Under the pieces are notes generated by a model. That model was not told the DNA's origin. It did no database searches and was given only the letters and a program-made list of their open reading frames with translations. A DNA stretch of 44,669 nt from the sequence record SRR16203515_1153. The stretch is one strand, 5' to 3'. A program made the translations under genes and the position numbers. Every line of letters starts with the position of its first letter. Within the stretch, counting starts at the first letter, position 1. Of the stretch, positions 17,977 through 27,852 are shown piece after piece.

Positions 17977-19143
17977 ATGCATCGTAAAAATCCTAAAAAA
18001 TTATTGCGATACGGTTTATTTGCAACCGCGCAATTAACACTCGCAATTTTGGTCTGGAGTGGCCTGAATATCGCGGTGGCTGATTCAGAGATGTTCTCCC
18101 GATTTTTAACTGAACCCGAATGGGCGGTGTCGACCACTGAGGATCCGACTGGCTTAGCTTCGCAACCCTTTGTTCAGCGATTCGAACTCCGCACCGGTCA
18201 TTGTCAAGCAAAGCCTCCCTATAACGACTGCAAATCAGGGACCGAACGGGCTGAACTTGCGCAGGCTGCGGATGGCAGCAGTCGGCAGGGTGGTCCGCAG
18301 TGGTATCGATGGCAGTTCTATATTCCCGAGGAGTTCGAAAGCAGTTATCCGGCGAAGAATCGTTTTGGACAATTTATTGATAGTCGTACCCAGAAGGCGG
18401 CGTGGGTTTTGGAGTTGGGCCGAACAGGCGTGCTTTGGCTAGGCCGGCTGGTTGCAGGTGACAGTGAGTATTTCTCCCTTTTAACCAAACAACAGTTGCT
18501 TGGGCAATGGCAAGAACTCATTGTTCAAGCAACTTGGTCAAAGACTAACGGGGTTTTAAATATGTGGATTAATGGCGAACAGATTGTCCGCTATCAAGGC
18601 CAAACCTGCGATAAATGTGATGTTTTTTTTAGCTACGGAATCGCACGAATCGGAGTTGAAAAGTTTGCGAAGCGTTATCCTGAGAAACCATTACCTGATC
18701 AAATTGTATTTTATAGTCCTGTCGAAATTAGCCTTGGAGATCCCGGTTGGGTCTCGACTCCGGATCCTGTTGATGATGTCCCGGCGCGGGAGGTTTCGCC
18801 AGAATCCAGCGACTTGAACGGCGAGACGCTCACGGATACCGAAACCCAAACCAACAATCTACCAACCGCTGCGAGCCTTTCTGAGGAAGCACCCGGGAAT
18901 AGAGAGATAGAAGATGGCAGTATTGAAGCCTCAACACCAGTTAATGACCAAGACGCCCCTGGAGCTGAGGTGTCCGATACAGATTTATCCTCTCCCGAAG
19001 GGAAAGTCTATGAAGACGTTGTTATTATCATAGAAGAGGCGGAAATATCGACCTCAACTAATTACTCTTCGACCGAATCTCCTGAACAATCAGAACCAAA
19101 AAAGATTGTTGATCCTTATGAACGCGCCAATGACGGACGCTAG
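17977..19143 (+). CDS. Polysaccharide lyase/heparin lyase I-like domain protein with a long acidic disordered tail
   Basis: N-terminal hydrophobic segment; RFELRTGHC..DC..ERAEL..WYRWQFYIP..FGQF..MWING..YGI pattern; C-terminal ~130 aa rich in D/E/S/T/P. Confidence 0.65.
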   Translation: MHRKNPKKLLRYGLFATAQLTLAILVWSGLNIAVADSEMFSRFLTEPEWAVSTTEDPTGLASQPFVQRFELRTGHCQAKPPYNDCKSGTERAELAQAADGSSRQGGPQWYRWQFYIPEEFESSYPAKNRFGQFIDSRTQKAAWVLELGRTGVLWLGRLVAGDSEYFSLLTKQQLLGQWQELIVQATWSKTNGVLNMWINGEQIVRYQGQTCDKCDVFFSYGIARIGVEKFAKRYPEKPLPDQIVFYSPVEISLGDPGWVSTPDPVDDVPAREVSPESSDLNGETLTDTETQTNNLPTAASLSEEAPGNREIEDGSIEASTPVNDQDAPGAEVSDTDLSSPEGKVYEDVVIIIEEAEISTSTNYSSTESPEQSEPKKIVDPYERANDGR

Positions 19144-19201
19144 CAAATCGCTTTATTTGTATAAAATTAGCACGCTTTAAACACTGACTTCAAATATAGG
19201 T

Positions 19202-19777
19202 ATGCCGACTGTGGCCGAAAAAAAATTTATATCCGCTGGTGAACTTTTACGGGACTCTTTTATTTTAGGCAAGAAGATTCTCGAAAGTGACTTTCGACCT
19301 GATTTCATTGTCGGCATATGGCGAGGCGGCACACCGGTCGGAATAGCGGTTCAGGAGTTGCTCGATTATGCCGGCATCGCGACCGATCACGTTGCAATTA
19401 GAACTTCATACTATCAAGGTATTGAGAGTACCGCCGAATCGGTTCAGGTTCATGGCCTCGGTTACCTCATCCGCAAACTGAATGCCGATAATAAGTTGCT
19501 TATTGTCGATGACGTGCTTGATTCAGGTAAAAGTATTGAAGCCCTGATTGCCGAACTTGGAGCGCGTTGTCGGCGAAATTTGCCGGCTGATTTACGGGTT
19601 GCGACCTGTTGGTATAAACCGAGCAAAAGCCAAACCGGACGTGTGCCGGATTTTTTTGTTCACGAGACGGATCAATGGCTTGTTTTTCCCCACGAGCTTC
19701 AAGGTCTGACGGAAGAAGAGGTTGCCAAAGGAAAGCCTGAACTTGCCGATATTCTTTGTGGTATCTCGTCCGCTTGA
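19202..19777 (+). CDS. Purine phosphoribosyltransferase (Gpt/Hpt-like)
   Basis: VGIWRGG, PRPP-binding LLIVDDVLDSGKS and WLVFPHE. Confidence 0.88.
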   Translation: MPTVAEKKFISAGELLRDSFILGKKILESDFRPDFIVGIWRGGTPVGIAVQELLDYAGIATDHVAIRTSYYQGIESTAESVQVHGLGYLIRKLNADNKLLIVDDVLDSGKSIEALIAELGARCRRNLPADLRVATCWYKPSKSQTGRVPDFFVHETDQWLVFPHELQGLTEEEVAKGKPELADILCGISSA

Positions 19778-19823
19778 TTTACTCTGCAGGAGTCTGGCAT
19801 CCGCTTAATTGAATCGATTGGGT

Positions 19824-22061
19824 CTACCGATTAGCAATCAACGGGAGTGCAACTGTGACTTCAACTCCGCGATTGCCATCACGATTTTGAGCACTTACAA
19901 CACCGCGGTGAGACTCCGCAACCAAGCGAACAATATAAAGGCCTAAGCCCAGATGTGTTTTTCGGGCATCTCGCGCGCTCGAGACCATTGGATCAAACAG
20001 GCGATCCGCGATATCAGGTGGCAGGGGAGGGCCGTCATTCACGATCACGAGATCTACGCTCTCGTCAGACGGTTGGATATTCACCACGATAAGTCCATTC
20101 GGGGTGCCAAACTGGATAGCGTTATCAACTAGTTTGTCTAGCATTTGAGCAAGCCGGTCAGGCACGCCCATAATCTGCGCCGGGGAATCTTTAAAATTAG
20201 AAATGATTCGATGACCTGGATTCGCCGCTTGATAACCTTCGACACAAGACCGGACAAGATCCGCCAAATTGATGGGCTCTGCCTGTTCTTGCTCTTGAGT
20301 TAGCGCCTCTTTCAGGCTTGCCGCTTCGGTCAGACTGGTAATAATCGATCGTAGTCGCCCAACCCCGTTTCGCGCCCGTTGCAAGTGTTTATCGTCGACA
20401 AGTTCCTGATGGTTGTATTGCAGGTTTTCAAGAGAGGAATTGACGACGTTAAGCGGGTTATGAAGCTCATGCGCCAGGGTATCGGGGAGTTTTTCCAGAT
20501 AACGAGTGTATTGACCGAGATTCTGTAATAGCGCCGAAATACTTCGGGTCAGACTGCCGAGTTCATCGCTCGAACGGGCCCCCGCCCGGATCCTGTCTTT
20601 TAAGAGGCGTCCTTCTGCGGTTGCGGCCTGCTCCGTCTCACGCTGAAGCTTTCCGACCCGATAGGTTAGTCGAGTCGAGAACACTAAAATCGCAAATGCT
20701 AAAAATACAAACACACCCAGGAACAGGATCGTGAAGCGCTGCAAAGTTTCGTATTGAAGTGTCAGCAGTTTGTTAGCGCTTTGCTTCACCAGTACTGCGC
20801 CCTGGATTTGTCCAGCGGCCCAGATCGGAGAGGCCGTGACGATCAGTTTAGCGTCACCATATCGTCGGCGTTCGCTGAGTGAGACCTCCTCTCCGATGAC
20901 TTTGTTAAGAAGTCTGCGATCCTCGCGACTGGAGTCAGTCGGCATATCAGCCATGCCGCGAGCAGGGTTACGTAAAATCCATTCAAAAAATGCTAGAAAA
21001 CGATCCTCTACCGAGGATAAGAAAGATTGCTCATCCGGCGATCGCCCAAAACCCTCTCTAATCGACGGAAAAACGGATCCGACTTGAGCTCGCACCCGAA
21101 AGAACTGGTCCCAGACCATGATGTTCGCTTCGGAGACGTATAGTGGTTGAATCAATTTAGCCAGGGCCGGGGTCACCAGTCGAACACTTCCAAACTTATG
21201 CAAAAAAGGATCAGGCTCGGTACTGATTATTTGTCTGATTTCCCGGGTCTGGTTATCATCAACATCAACGATCTCAAATTTAAGTTTTGAGCCTGACCCC
21301 AGGAATGCAATTGGAATCCTTAGCTTTACGGCGTATCCATAGTCATCAGGGTCAATGGTCCCCGCAATATCTCTGAGCGCTTCACCATCAACCACTTCTC
21401 GCCAATTGGACTTCATAAGGTAAACACTCAGTCGGCCGGGTCCTTCGGGCGTTAAGAGATAACGCAGAATCTCGCCTGATTTTTTTTGAATCGTAAGGCG
21501 AATTTGATCGTTGGTATCTAGAGACAAAAGATCAGGGTTGCGAAACACAAGTATGTCGTCGTCGATCTCAAAATACGCGAAAATCATCGTGCTATCGATC
21601 GTCATGGCATGACGCACCGCAAGTGAATCTGGACGATAGTCTGGGCCGCACTCGTATAAACCAAACCCGGTAAAACTAACCATGTCGCCGACCGCTTCCG
21701 CCCAGGATTCGGCAGGCGCATCGATCGCCAAGGGCTCATCGATTTCTTTTATGAGATTTGGAAGGGTTGCGCCTGCGAGTTCCGGAACGCCGATTTCCGA
21801 GTCAAAAAGTTCACTGCGGTTACCCAGGATGCTGGATATTCCCTGGGTCGTTAGCTCAAGCGCCTGCTCTTGACCCTCCAATAGAAACTTTTCCATCTCG
21901 CGAACGGACTCGTAACCCATCCATGGAATCACGAGCAAAAAAGACACCAGGAGAAGTAGTTTCGTTCGGATTTTTAGCCCCGGTCTGATTGCCGGGACTG
22001 TTGGACCAGATTTTTTGGCGCCAGCCTGTCGCCCGCTAGCACGAGCAGAATCTGCACTCAC
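19824..22061 (-). CDS. pdsS: Sensor histidine kinase, proteobacterial dedicated sortase system (PdsS)-like
   Basis: IRTKLLL..IPWMGY..VREMEKFLLEGQEQAL N-terminus, large periplasmic domain, HAMP (DELGSL), H box AHELHNPL, QMLDKLVDNA, NDGPPLP and HLGLGLYIVRL. Confidence 0.75.
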   Translation of the reverse strand: MSADSARASGRQAGAKKSGPTVPAIRPGLKIRTKLLLLVSFLLVIPWMGYESVREMEKFLLEGQEQALELTTQGISSILGNRSELFDSEIGVPELAGATLPNLIKEIDEPLAIDAPAESWAEAVGDMVSFTGFGLYECGPDYRPDSLAVRHAMTIDSTMIFAYFEIDDDILVFRNPDLLSLDTNDQIRLTIQKKSGEILRYLLTPEGPGRLSVYLMKSNWREVVDGEALRDIAGTIDPDDYGYAVKLRIPIAFLGSGSKLKFEIVDVDDNQTREIRQIISTEPDPFLHKFGSVRLVTPALAKLIQPLYVSEANIMVWDQFFRVRAQVGSVFPSIREGFGRSPDEQSFLSSVEDRFLAFFEWILRNPARGMADMPTDSSREDRRLLNKVIGEEVSLSERRRYGDAKLIVTASPIWAAGQIQGAVLVKQSANKLLTLQYETLQRFTILFLGVFVFLAFAILVFSTRLTYRVGKLQRETEQAATAEGRLLKDRIRAGARSSDELGSLTRSISALLQNLGQYTRYLEKLPDTLAHELHNPLNVVNSSLENLQYNHQELVDDKHLQRARNGVGRLRSIITSLTEAASLKEALTQEQEQAEPINLADLVRSCVEGYQAANPGHRIISNFKDSPAQIMGVPDRLAQMLDKLVDNAIQFGTPNGLIVVNIQPSDESVDLVIVNDGPPLPPDIADRLFDPMVSSARDARKTHLGLGLYIVRLVAESHRGVVSAQNRDGNRGVEVTVALPLIANR

Positions 22062-22759
22062 GTACTATCTTGCTCCCATTTGTAACCGGTGCCATGCACA
22101 GTTTGGATTCGATCAAATGAATCGTCTAAGGTTCTGAATTTATTTCGAATTCGACGAATATAGCCGTTGATCGTATTTCGCTCGACCAAGCCCTGTCGAG
22201 TGACATCACTTAAACCGTCGTATGTTTTTACATGTCCTGGATTACGGGTTAACGATTCGATTATCCAGAATTCGGTGAGGGTTAGATTGACTGGTTGTCC
22301 TTTCCAATGAACCAGCATGCTGTTTTCATTTAATTCTAAAGATCCTACTGAAATAGTAGCGGATTCAGCTGGCGCGGTTTGCAGTTGATCAGATATTTTC
22401 AGAAGGGCATGGACGCGTGCAACAAGGAACTCTAGGCTAACAGGCTTGGTTATGTAATCCCAAGCGGTCATTCTTTGGGAAGATATTCGATCAGCATCAC
22501 TATCTCTTGCGGTCAAGAAAATAATAGGCAACGTTGAACTCATATTGCGAAGCTGCATGCATAAATCAAAACCGCCATTCATGTCTTCTCCAAGCATGAT
22601 GTCGAGCATCGCGAGGTCCGGCAGTTCGAGATTGAATGCCGCCTCGGCGGTAGGGCGATCCGGGTAGGTTCGAACCTCATAGCCATGGGCCGTCAAAACG
22701 TCGCTGTAGTTCTCACGCTGGTCTGGATCATCCTCTACAACGGCAATTATGGTGGTCAT
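22058..22759 (-). CDS. pdsR: OmpR-family response regulator, PdsR-like
   Basis: IAVVEDD..RENY, LDIML, GGFDLC, PIIFLTARDSD, LTLTEFW, PGHVK and IQTVHGTGY. Coupled to the kinase by a GTGA overlap. Confidence 0.8.
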   Translation of the reverse strand: MTTIIAVVEDDPDQRENYSDVLTAHGYEVRTYPDRPTAEAAFNLELPDLAMLDIMLGEDMNGGFDLCMQLRNMSSTLPIIFLTARDSDADRISSQRMTAWDYITKPVSLEFLVARVHALLKISDQLQTAPAESATISVGSLELNENSMLVHWKGQPVNLTLTEFWIIESLTRNPGHVKTYDGLSDVTRQGLVERNTINGYIRRIRNKFRTLDDSFDRIQTVHGTGYKWEQDST

Positions 22760-22884
22760 GGGCTTCTGTTACGGGTTAGTTAACCAGGAGAAAACGCAGT
22801 TTTCACGCTTGTCCACAGTTTCGTCATCTTTTGCCATTGTTTTACCATAGGTTTGACCGCGATTGACCCCAACGCGCGGTTATT

Positions 22885-23121
22885 ATGATTGCATTGAGAA
22901 TGGCTTCAAGAGTAAAAAACGTGAAAAACCAAGTGTTTGTTCCGCTTTCTGACGACATTTTGTACGATCATCCTGAATTGATTCAGGGTCCGATAGCTGC
23001 GTTTGATCCTACTAAAGTGGAAATCTTTAAAGGGTATCAGAATGTTCAGTCAGCAAGGGTCGACGGCATCAATTCGCACCAGACGGTCTCACTCTCAGAT
23101 ATTTCTTCCTTTGTCTCCTGA
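22885..23121 (+). CDS. Small hypothetical protein (start may be 22897-22921)
   Basis: ORF divergent from pdsR and followed by a bidirectional terminator; contains VFVPLSDDILYDHPELI. Confidence 0.55.
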   Translation: MIALRMASRVKNVKNQVFVPLSDDILYDHPELIQGPIAAFDPTKVEIFKGYQNVQSARVDGINSHQTVSLSDISSFVS

Positions 23122-23151
23122 AAAAAAGGTAGTGTAAGGGTGGTGTCACCC

Positions 23152-23184
23152 ATAAAAAACCGCGGATAAACCGCGGTTTTTTAT
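23152..23184. terminator. Bidirectional rho-independent terminator
   Basis: ATAAAAAACCGCGG-ataaa-CCGCGGTTTTTTAT between convergent genes. Confidence 0.9.
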
Positions 23185-23210
23185 TTTTTACAGCCTAGTT
23201 TCAGTCGAGC

Positions 23211-23723
23211 CTAACTTTCTCGTCCCGGGCGCACCGGTCGCGCGGCAGTAGGGCGGAGTCTCGGGGTCGCTGCGCGGTCTACTGAAGGCGATTTTTCAGT
23301 CTCCATCTCAACGGATCCCCTAAATGTGCAACCGTCCTCCAGGACGACTCTGGGCGCCCGAATATCACCATGCACCTTACCGGTCGGGCTGATCACAACT
23401 TGCTCACTGCCGTGGAGTTCTCCCTTGACCTCGCCGTCAATTCGAATAATGCGAGCGCTGATATTGGCTTTTACTTGCCCATTAGCACTCACAACCAGAT
23501 TGTTGTCCTTAAAATTAACAGTACCTTCAACGGTACCGTCAACGATCAGATCTTCCTCGCCGCTCACATCGCCGTGGATTACGATGGAGGGGCCGATGGT
23601 CGCCGGCTTTCGGCCGTTCGCTTTGGCCGGATCCGGCGTTTTAGCGGCCGGGGCCACTTGAGAAGCTGCGGGCTTACTAGGGGTTTCAGTTGCGGCGGGT
23701 GTTTCGATTTCCTTCTGCGTCAT
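23211..23723 (-). CDS. Bactofilin (polymer-forming cytoskeletal protein)
   Basis: ATIGPSIVIHGDVSGEEDLIVDGTVEG..GKVHGDIRAPRVVLEDGCTFRGSVEM, with disordered termini. Confidence 0.92.
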   Translation of the reverse strand: MTQKEIETPAATETPSKPAASQVAPAAKTPDPAKANGRKPATIGPSIVIHGDVSGEEDLIVDGTVEGTVNFKDNNLVVSANGQVKANISARIIRIDGEVKGELHGSEQVVISPTGKVHGDIRAPRVVLEDGCTFRGSVEMETEKSPSVDRAATPRLRPTAARPVRPGRES

Positions 23724-23880
23724 TTAACGGGCGTCCTGTAGGGGGGGTTATTGGGGCGTCACCGGGCGACAGGCGCCCTGAATAGGTCTGATTCTGGCTG
23801 AGAAACGACCAACCGTCAACGAATCGGGACGCTCAACGGGTTAACACGGGCAGAGTGGTCGGTAGGCGGTGATATCTTTT

Positions 23881-23908
23881 ACTTTACATAATATACATTA
23901 TGCGAACA
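23881..23908 (-). other. dif: dif site (XerC/XerD chromosome dimer resolution)
   Basis: Minus strand reads TGTTCGCATAA-TGTATA-TTATGTAAAGT, 24/28 to E. coli dif (recalled). Intergenic, with convergent KOPS on either side. Confidence 0.92.
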
Positions 23909-23948
23909 GATATCCGAGCCGAGCATCCAGTCGACCGGCAACCCCAAG

Positions 23949-24743
23949 TTAGATATGGGGCCCTTTGGACACCTTGGCCAGCGGAAACAATGTTGAAAAA
24001 TTGTCGCTGGTGACTTGGGCAACCTCTTCAAGAGTGATTCCTTTTAGTCCAGCCAAACACTCGGCAGTGTAACGAACCAACGCCGGCTCATTCGTCTTGC
24101 CTCGAAACGGATGCGGCGCCAGATAGGGTGAGTCTGTTTCGATCAGGATCCGATCGAGTGGCACCTTTTTGGCGACTTCGCGCAGTTCGGCCGCATTTTT
24201 AAATGTCAAAATCCCCGAGAAAGAGATATAGAAGCCCTCGTCGATGACTTCCCGGGCGGTGGCCCAATCCTCGGCAAAGCAATGCATGACGCCGCCACAT
24301 TCACGGGCGCCCTCGGTTTTGATGAGCTCCACTGTATCCGCCGCGGCATGCCGGCAGTGAACGATGACAGGCTTCTGTAGTGCTTTCCCAACCGCGATAT
24401 GAACCGCAAAACGATCTCTTTGCCAGTCCAGCGCCCCTTCTGATCGGAAATAATCGAGCCCGGTTTCCCCGATCGCAACGACCCTGTCATGGGTCGCCAA
24501 GTTTAAAAGCGTGTTCGCGTCGGGTTCCTCGTCCTGGGAAAGGGTTTCATTGGGGTGTACGCCTACGCTCAGCGAAATATCTTCAAACGGCGCTGTGATC
24601 TCAACCATCCGTGGAAAGTCCGCTAAATTAACGCTGACACATAAAAAATGTGAAACGCCAGCTGACCGGGCCCTCATGACTACTCCGGTAATATCTTCTG
24701 ATAAATCCGGAAAGTCCACATGACAATGTGAATCGATCAACAT
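23949..24743 (-). CDS. tatD: TatD family hydrolase (YcfH-like)
   Basis: IDSHCH, GVHP, AIGETGLDY, HCF and IETDSPYLAP. Confidence 0.93.
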   Translation of the reverse strand: MLIDSHCHVDFPDLSEDITGVVMRARSAGVSHFLCVSVNLADFPRMVEITAPFEDISLSVGVHPNETLSQDEEPDANTLLNLATHDRVVAIGETGLDYFRSEGALDWQRDRFAVHIAVGKALQKPVIVHCRHAAADTVELIKTEGARECGGVMHCFAEDWATAREVIDEGFYISFSGILTFKNAAELREVAKKVPLDRILIETDSPYLAPHPFRGKTNEPALVRYTAECLAGLKGITLEEVAQVTSDNFSTLFPLAKVSKGPHI

Positions 24744-24763
24744 AACTCCGTACCTCGCGTAAA

Positions 24764-25123
24764 TTAAAGCGTATGCGTTGCGCCATGCTGGGTATCTGAA
24801 TCACCCAGCAACACCGTCACTCGTTCTTGCAGGCGTTTCCCCTCTGGACCCTTGAATTCGACTCCAACACCTCTCGTACGACTGCTTTGAGCGTCTGCCG
24901 GGGTGACCCAAACTACCGTTCCTGCCAACGCAAATTGTTCATCGTCAATTAACTTAAGCACAAGGAACATCTCGTCGCCCATTTCATATTCCTTGGTTGT
25001 GGGGATAAACAATCCCATATTTTTCAGAAACGGCATATAAGCTGCTCGTAGCGTTCGCGCATCATTAATCGACACCGATACAGTTCTCGCTCGAGAACCG
25101 CTCTCATTAGGATGATCAGTCAT
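24764..25123 (-). CDS. pilZ: Type IV pilus assembly protein PilZ
   Basis: AAYMPFLKNMGLFIPT, GTVVWVTP, GVGVEF and THTL end; holB-pilZ-tatD synteny. Confidence 0.9.
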   Translation of the reverse strand: MTDHPNESGSRARTVSVSINDARTLRAAYMPFLKNMGLFIPTTKEYEMGDEMFLVLKLIDDEQFALAGTVVWVTPADAQSSRTRGVGVEFKGPEGKRLQERVTVLLGDSDTQHGATHTL

Positions 25124-25172
25124 TTTTCTGTTTATCGGGCCCGAATCAAGGTATATGGTTGTGTGACATTCG

Positions 25173-26174
25173 CTAACTCTGAATGCGAATCATCATATCT
25201 TCAAGCGCTAGTTGCGAGTCGATTGAGGTACGAAGGCTTTCGCGAACCTCTCCAACCTCGACAAATCGATCTATTGTTTTCGTATCATTTACAGAGAGGA
25301 CCCCCGCACCGGCATTTTTGCGCACTTGCTTCAGGAGTTGGCGTTGCAGAAGTTCAAGCACAAATTCGTCACCCAACGCGTCAAAAAATCGTTTGAGGGT
25401 CTCAAACCCGCCAACCACCCGTTCACCGTCCCGAATAGATCCGAGCAACTCGAGCAGCGTCTTATCAGTACCTTTTTCAATAAAATCCGTAATAACGAAC
25501 GGCCCGAGTCCGGTTTCTGACAATTGAGCGGCGGTTTTGGGATCCACTCCCTTCTCATCTTGAAGCCAAGTCGCCACAACAGATGACGAGGGGCCTTTAA
25601 CTGAAAAATGGATGCACCGACTTCGAATCGTCGCGGGCAAACGATGCGCGGCTGAGGTTACCAACATGATAAACGTATCCCGAGTGGGCTCCTCCAGTAA
25701 CTTCAAGAGCGCATTAGCTGCGTTATGGTTGAGTTGATCTGCTTTAGGGAAGATAACAACCTTACGAGCACCCAGACTTGCTGTCGCGGAGAGATTTTGG
25801 TTGAGGGCTCGTATCGAGTCGACACCCACCTGCTCACTTGGCTTTCGGGTAGATGTCGATTTCTTTTCTAGCCAGTATCTTTCTGCATGCCTGACAAAAC
25901 CAGCGGGCAAAAAATTCTCGCTCGCCTCACTCGTGACGACATGAAGATCCGGGTGCACACTCTGCTCAACAAGCTGACAGGAAGCGCATGTCCCGCAACC
26001 TGACTCATTTTGATCGGTTTCACACAACATAATCCGTGCGAGATCAAAAGCAAGTACCGACTTGCCAATCATCTCAGGCCCGGTAATAAGGATTCCATGA
26101 GGTAAGGATTGCCATCGATTGGTCAGCCTGATTCTGGCGCTCTCCAGCCATTTACAAGTCTTTGAATTAACCAT
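25173..26174 (-). CDS. holB: DNA polymerase III delta' subunit
   Basis: PHGILITGPEMIGKS, CGTCASC, HPDL, AANALLKLLEEP and LPATIRSRC. ATG 26174 overlaps the end of tmk. Confidence 0.93.
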   Translation of the reverse strand: MVNSKTCKWLESARIRLTNRWQSLPHGILITGPEMIGKSVLAFDLARIMLCETDQNESGCGTCASCQLVEQSVHPDLHVVTSEASENFLPAGFVRHAERYWLEKKSTSTRKPSEQVGVDSIRALNQNLSATASLGARKVVIFPKADQLNHNAANALLKLLEEPTRDTFIMLVTSAAHRLPATIRSRCIHFSVKGPSSSVVATWLQDEKGVDPKTAAQLSETGLGPFVITDFIEKGTDKTLLELLGSIRDGERVVGGFETLKRFFDALGDEFVLELLQRQLLKQVRKNAGAGVLSVNDTKTIDRFVEVGEVRESLRTSIDSQLALEDMMIRIQS

Positions 26175-26808
26175 AAGATTTCGTATGCAAATCATCAATT
26201 TTTGCCGCAATCGCCATTTCGACTTCCTGAATCGACTGCGACGCGTCAACTAAAACAATCCTCGTCGCATTGGAATCTTGTCGTTTAAGATAGGCAGCTC
26301 GGATCCGGTTTTTAAACTCAATCGCTTCCGACTCAAATCGGTCCAGCGGGGAGTCTCTCAAATGACTTCGTCGAATCCCTTCTTCAACATCCAAATCGAG
26401 CAGCACCGTGAGATCCGGCTCCAGCCCGTTTGTTGCAATTCCAGCGAGCCCTTCTATTAATTTATCAGGGAGTCCCCTGCCCCCACCTTGATAGGCGTAG
26501 GAAGCATCCGTAAACCGATCACAAAGGACCCAGTTGCCCGCTGCCAGGTTAGGCTCGATCACCTCTGAGACGTGCTGCGCGCGGGCTGCAAACATCATCA
26601 AAACCTCGGTGATCGGGGTGATCTCGGCTGAACTTTCCAGCACAAGGTCTCGAATCTGTTCGGAGAGCGCGGTGCCCCCTGGCTCTCTCGTGACAACAGG
26701 CGTATGGCCCAAATTTTCAACATGTTGGCGCACGAGGTTGATCTGCGTGGTTTTTCCGACGCCATCTCCCCCTTCAAAGGATATAAATTTTCCGCGTCGA
26801 TCAACCAT
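26167..26808 (-). CDS. tmk: Thymidylate kinase
   Basis: FISFEGGDGVGKTTQ, TREPGGT and CDRFTDASYAYQG. Confidence 0.96.
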   Translation of the reverse strand: MVDRRGKFISFEGGDGVGKTTQINLVRQHVENLGHTPVVTREPGGTALSEQIRDLVLESSAEITPITEVLMMFAARAQHVSEVIEPNLAAGNWVLCDRFTDASYAYQGGGRGLPDKLIEGLAGIATNGLEPDLTVLLDLDVEEGIRRSHLRDSPLDRFESEAIEFKNRIRAAYLKRQDSNATRIVLVDASQSIQEVEMAIAAKIDDLHTKSYG

Positions 26809-26813
26809 AAGCG

Positions 26814-27818
26814 TTACTTAATAAATTTTTTGACAGCCTGATTGTGCTCGGCAAGTGTTTTTGAAAAATAATGTGAACCGTCGCCCTTAGCCACAAAATA
26901 GAGGAACTCTGTTTCGGATGGATTAACGGCCGCCGATAATGCTGCCCTGCCCGGGGCAGCGATAGGACCAGGCGGAAGCCCATGCCGAGTGTAAGTATTG
27001 TAAGCGGTATCCTGCTTCAAATGACTGCGTTTTAAACGACCGTCGAAGTCTGGCCCAAGCCCAAAGATCACCGTTGGATCGGTCTGCAGCCGCATGCCAA
27101 TTTTCAACCGATTTTGGAGCACGCCACTTATCACCGGCATCTCGGCCTCCAACATCGCTTCCTTCTGGATGATCGACGCGAGAATAAGCGCCTCATACTT
27201 GGTGGCGATACTTAAATCTGCACTTCGTGATTCCCAGATTGCGTTCAACACACGATCCATTTTGCCGGCGGCACGTGCCAGGACATCAAGATCCGACTCG
27301 TTTAACACGTAATGATACGTGTCCGGAAAGAACGACCCCTCGATCGACGACACCTGAAGATTGAGTGCGTTCATGACTTCCGAATCCGACATTTGACTGA
27401 GTTGATCTTTTAATTTTTTAGCCTGGGCAAGCCGAGCTGACATCTCCCTGAATGTAACACCTTCCAATATCGTTACCTTTCGCTCGAAAATCTCACCACG
27501 CCCAATTTTTCCGAGCACTTGTGCAGGGGTTTCGCCTGTCTCAATAAAGTACTCGCCCGCTTTTAACGAGCCCGAGATCCCGCTCAGGACGCCCCAGAAG
27601 ATCACGGGCCACTCCGAACCGGTGAAACCCTGTCGCTCGAACTGTTTCGCGATCGTTGATAGCCCCGCGCCAGGTTCGATAACCAAAAGTTGGTCGCTTG
27701 TTCCGATCGGGATTCGAACCGATTGATAGAGAAAGAGAATTGATATCCCGGCGACACAAAAAACGATCGCAACGGATGTTGCCAAAAGTGCTCTCAATGT
27801 CCAGTTTAACGAGAGCAT
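26814..27818 (-). CDS. mltG: Endolytic transglycosylase MltG (YceG)
   Basis: N-terminal TM, LKAGEY, EGSFFPDTY, LASIIQKE, LQTDPTV and YNTYTRHGLPPGPI. Confidence 0.93.
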   Translation of the reverse strand: MLSLNWTLRALLATSVAIVFCVAGISILFLYQSVRIPIGTSDQLLVIEPGAGLSTIAKQFERQGFTGSEWPVIFWGVLSGISGSLKAGEYFIETGETPAQVLGKIGRGEIFERKVTILEGVTFREMSARLAQAKKLKDQLSQMSDSEVMNALNLQVSSIEGSFFPDTYHYVLNESDLDVLARAAGKMDRVLNAIWESRSADLSIATKYEALILASIIQKEAMLEAEMPVISGVLQNRLKIGMRLQTDPTVIFGLGPDFDGRLKRSHLKQDTAYNTYTRHGLPPGPIAAPGRAALSAAVNPSETEFLYFVAKGDGSHYFSKTLAEHNQAVKKFIK

Positions 27819-27852
27819 ATGACCAACAGCGTTTGGCTTATCCTGAGACGAC

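Noticed and set aside
17856-18137. 93-aa minus-strand ORF ending MVPGAGLEPARGFPRGILSPLRLP
   Set aside because: It is the antisense translation of tRNA-Leu.
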